From: Hormiphora californensis
Taxonomy: Eukaryota; Animalia; Ctenophora
DNA length: 64,000 bases
Assembly (NCBI GenBank): GCA_020137815.1
Contig: CM035360.1
Span: 1,612,001 to 1,676,000 of the forward strand
Direction: 5' to 3'
Part shown: one piece after another, positions 61,844 through 64,000 of the stretch
Position numbering within the stretch: the stretch's first letter is position 1
Layout: each line of letters starts with the position of its first letter
Position numbers and translations under genes: made by a program
The notes under the pieces: model-generated
What the model was told of the DNA's origin: nothing
What the model saw: only the letters and a program-made list of their open reading frames with translations
The model's database searches: none

Positions 61844-61952
61844 AATGTACGAAGAGGATAGTCGATGTTGCTGAACGAGAATTGAATTGATTTTGACTGT
61901 GGTTTACTGTGGTTTATATATACTAGCCGAGAGAGAGAGAGAGAGAAAGAGA

Positions 61953-62019
<67 letters not shown>

Positions 62020-62049
62020 TATCTATGTGACAGGTAGATATGTCACATT

Positions 62050-63670
62050 TAGGAGGGGAGGGGGAGAAAAGAAAAAGGGGGGGAGAGAGAGAGAGGAAAG
62101 AGGAAGGGAAAAGAAGAAGAAGGATCAGGTGACGGTAATAAATTTTTTTTTGGGGGCCGTGGGGGGGAGAAAAGGGGGGGGGGAAAAAAAAAGGGGAAGA
62201 AGAGAAGGGGAAGAAGGGAAGAGGAAGGGGAAAAAAAAGGGGGGGAAAAAAGGAAAGAAGAAGAAAAATAAAAAGAGGGAAGGAAAGAGAGGAAAAGGGG
62301 GGAGAGAAGGAAAAGAAATTTAAAAAATTTTTTTTTTTTTTTTTTTTTCCCCCCCCCCCGGGGGGGGGGGGTTTTTTGGGGGGGGTTTTTTTTTTTTTTT
62401 GGGGGGGGGGGGGGGGGCCCCCCCCCCTTTGGGGGTTTTGGGGGGCCCCCTTTTTTGGGGTTCCCCCAAATTTTTTTTTTCCCCCCTTTTTTTCCCCCCC
62501 TTTCCCCCCCCCCAAATTTCCCTTTTTCTTTTTTTCTTTTTTTCCCGTTCTTTTTTTTTTTTCCCCTTTCTTTCCCCGCCCCCGGTTTTCTTTTTTTTTT
62601 TCTCCCCTTTTTTTGCCCTTCCCCCTTTCCTGGGGTTTTCTGGGTTTTAAAAAAATTTTTCCCCCCTGCCCTTTCCCTTTTTTTTTGGGTTTTCCCCCCC
62701 CCCTTTTCCCCCAAAAAAAATTTTTTAAAATTTTTTTTTTTTTTTTTTTTTTCTCCCTTTTGCCCCTTTGGGGCCCCCCCCTTTTTTCCCTTTTTTCCCC
62801 GTGTTTTTTTAAATTTTTTTTTTGCCCCCTTTTTTTTCCCCTTTTGTTAAAACTAAAAATTTTTTTAAAAAATTTTATTTTCCCCCCTGTTTTTGGGTAA
62901 AAATTTTTCCCCCCTTTTTTTTGGGTTTTTTTTTTTTTTTTAAAAAAAAATAAAAGGGGAAAAAAGGGCGGTGGACAGGGAATTAAATTTTAAAAACCCC
63001 CGGGTTTTTGGTTTTTGGGTTTTTCCCCCGGGATTGTTTTTTTTTTCAAAAACAAAAACCCCCTTCCCCCCCCCCCTTTTTTTCCCCCCTTCCCCCAAAT
63101 GTTTTTTATTGCTAAAAACCCTTTTTTTAAAATTGGGGGTTTCCCAAAGGAAAAAGGGAAAGGGAAAATGGGGGGGGTTTTTAAAGGTTTTTCCCCGGGG
63201 GGTTTTTTTTTAAAAAAAAACCCCCCTTTACCCCCCCAAAAAAACCCAAAAGGTTTTTTTAAAAATAAACTTTTTCCCCCTTTTAGTTGGGTTTAAAAAA
63301 AAAATGGGGAAAAGTCTTTCCCCTCCCTTTCCCCCCAAAAGGGGAAAACCCCGGGTCCTTTTTTTTTTTTGAAAATTTTTTAATTAAAAATTTTTTTAAA
63401 AAATTTTTGGGGGGGGGTTTTCCCCCTTTTAAATTTTCCCCCCCAAGTGTTTCCCCCCCCCCTTTTCCCTTTTTAAAAACCCCCTTTTGGGGGTTTCCCC
63501 CAAAACCCTTTTTTGGGGGGTTTTTTTTTAAAATTTTCCCGGGGGGTTTGTCCAAAAAAAAATTTTTCCTTTAAAAAAAGAAAACCTTTATCAAATTTTT
63601 TAATTTTCCATGGGGGGTTTTAAAGGGCTTTAAAAAAATTAATAAACCCTATCGGTTTTTTTTTTTTCCC
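62050..63670. other. Homopolymer-run low-complexity tract, probable base-calling artefact
   Basis: Almost only A/C/G/T runs, starting right after an (AG)n tract and grading back into normal sequence. Confidence 0.8.
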
Positions 63671-63689
63671 GGCTCGTAACCCATCAAAT

Positions 63690-64000
63690 TTAATCACGAC
63701 GACGATCCCGAGGCGTAGCCGAGGGAGAGGCGGAGGGTTTAAACCTATAACGTGCCAGTGGTCAGAGTTTATGGGTTATATACCCTGCTTTAGTTGTTTA
63801 TTTCAAGTATTACACACCAACAAGAGAGAGAACACTAATCAAAACACACAAAGAGAACTGAGAAATAGTTAAAAACACGTCACAATTGAGTGTACACTGT
63901 TTGGTAACAGTTATTAAGCAGTTGCTAAGGAAAGAGAGTGAAAGAAATAGCCTGATAAGGGGCATGTCACAAATAACACAGAGAAAGAGATAGTGAGACA
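63690..64000. mobile_element. Partial relative of the 29340-30028 insertion, opposite orientation
   Basis: GATCCCGAGGCGTAGCCGAGGGAGAGG...TTTAAACCTATAACG matches the reverse complement of 29855-29905. Confidence 0.55.

Noticed and set aside
61904-63670. Lys/Gly/Phe/Pro-rich ORFs
   Set aside because: Translations of homopolymer runs; likely base-calling failure after the (AG)n tract.

Overview
Animal genomic DNA with short GT-AG introns, many (CT)n/(AG)n tracts and dense MITE content; a 109-bp repeat and splice acceptors sitting just before start codons suggest a ctenophore (inference). Host genes: STT3A-type oligosaccharyltransferase (minus strand, 16 exons in the window, 3' end outside it), CCDC115/Vma22 ending only 213 bp upstream of it on the same strand, a 10-exon Src42A/FRK-like kinase, two genes nested in STT3 introns (a 7TM receptor and a permuted papain-like LRAT/PPPDE-type protein), an unidentified multi-exon gene and a RING gene with a triplicated exon. 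The highlight is a 9.7-kb Polinton/Maverick-like element (5804-15504; 308-bp TIRs starting AGTAGT, 6-bp TSD CATTTT). It encodes an intact protein-primed DNA polymerase B of about 1402 aa split by 13 introns, a separate 144-aa paralog of that polymerase's terminal-protein-like N-domain and two small ORFs, with no integrase, capsid, ATPase or maturation protease gene. It is layer 3 of a four-deep transposon nest in a 15-kb STT3 intron. A second recurring theme is tandem amplification of exon-intron boundaries in three different genes. Parts of the window (about 46900-47460, 56510-57480, 62050-63670) look like low-quality long-read sequence. All gene models were spliced and translated by hand; no database search was run.
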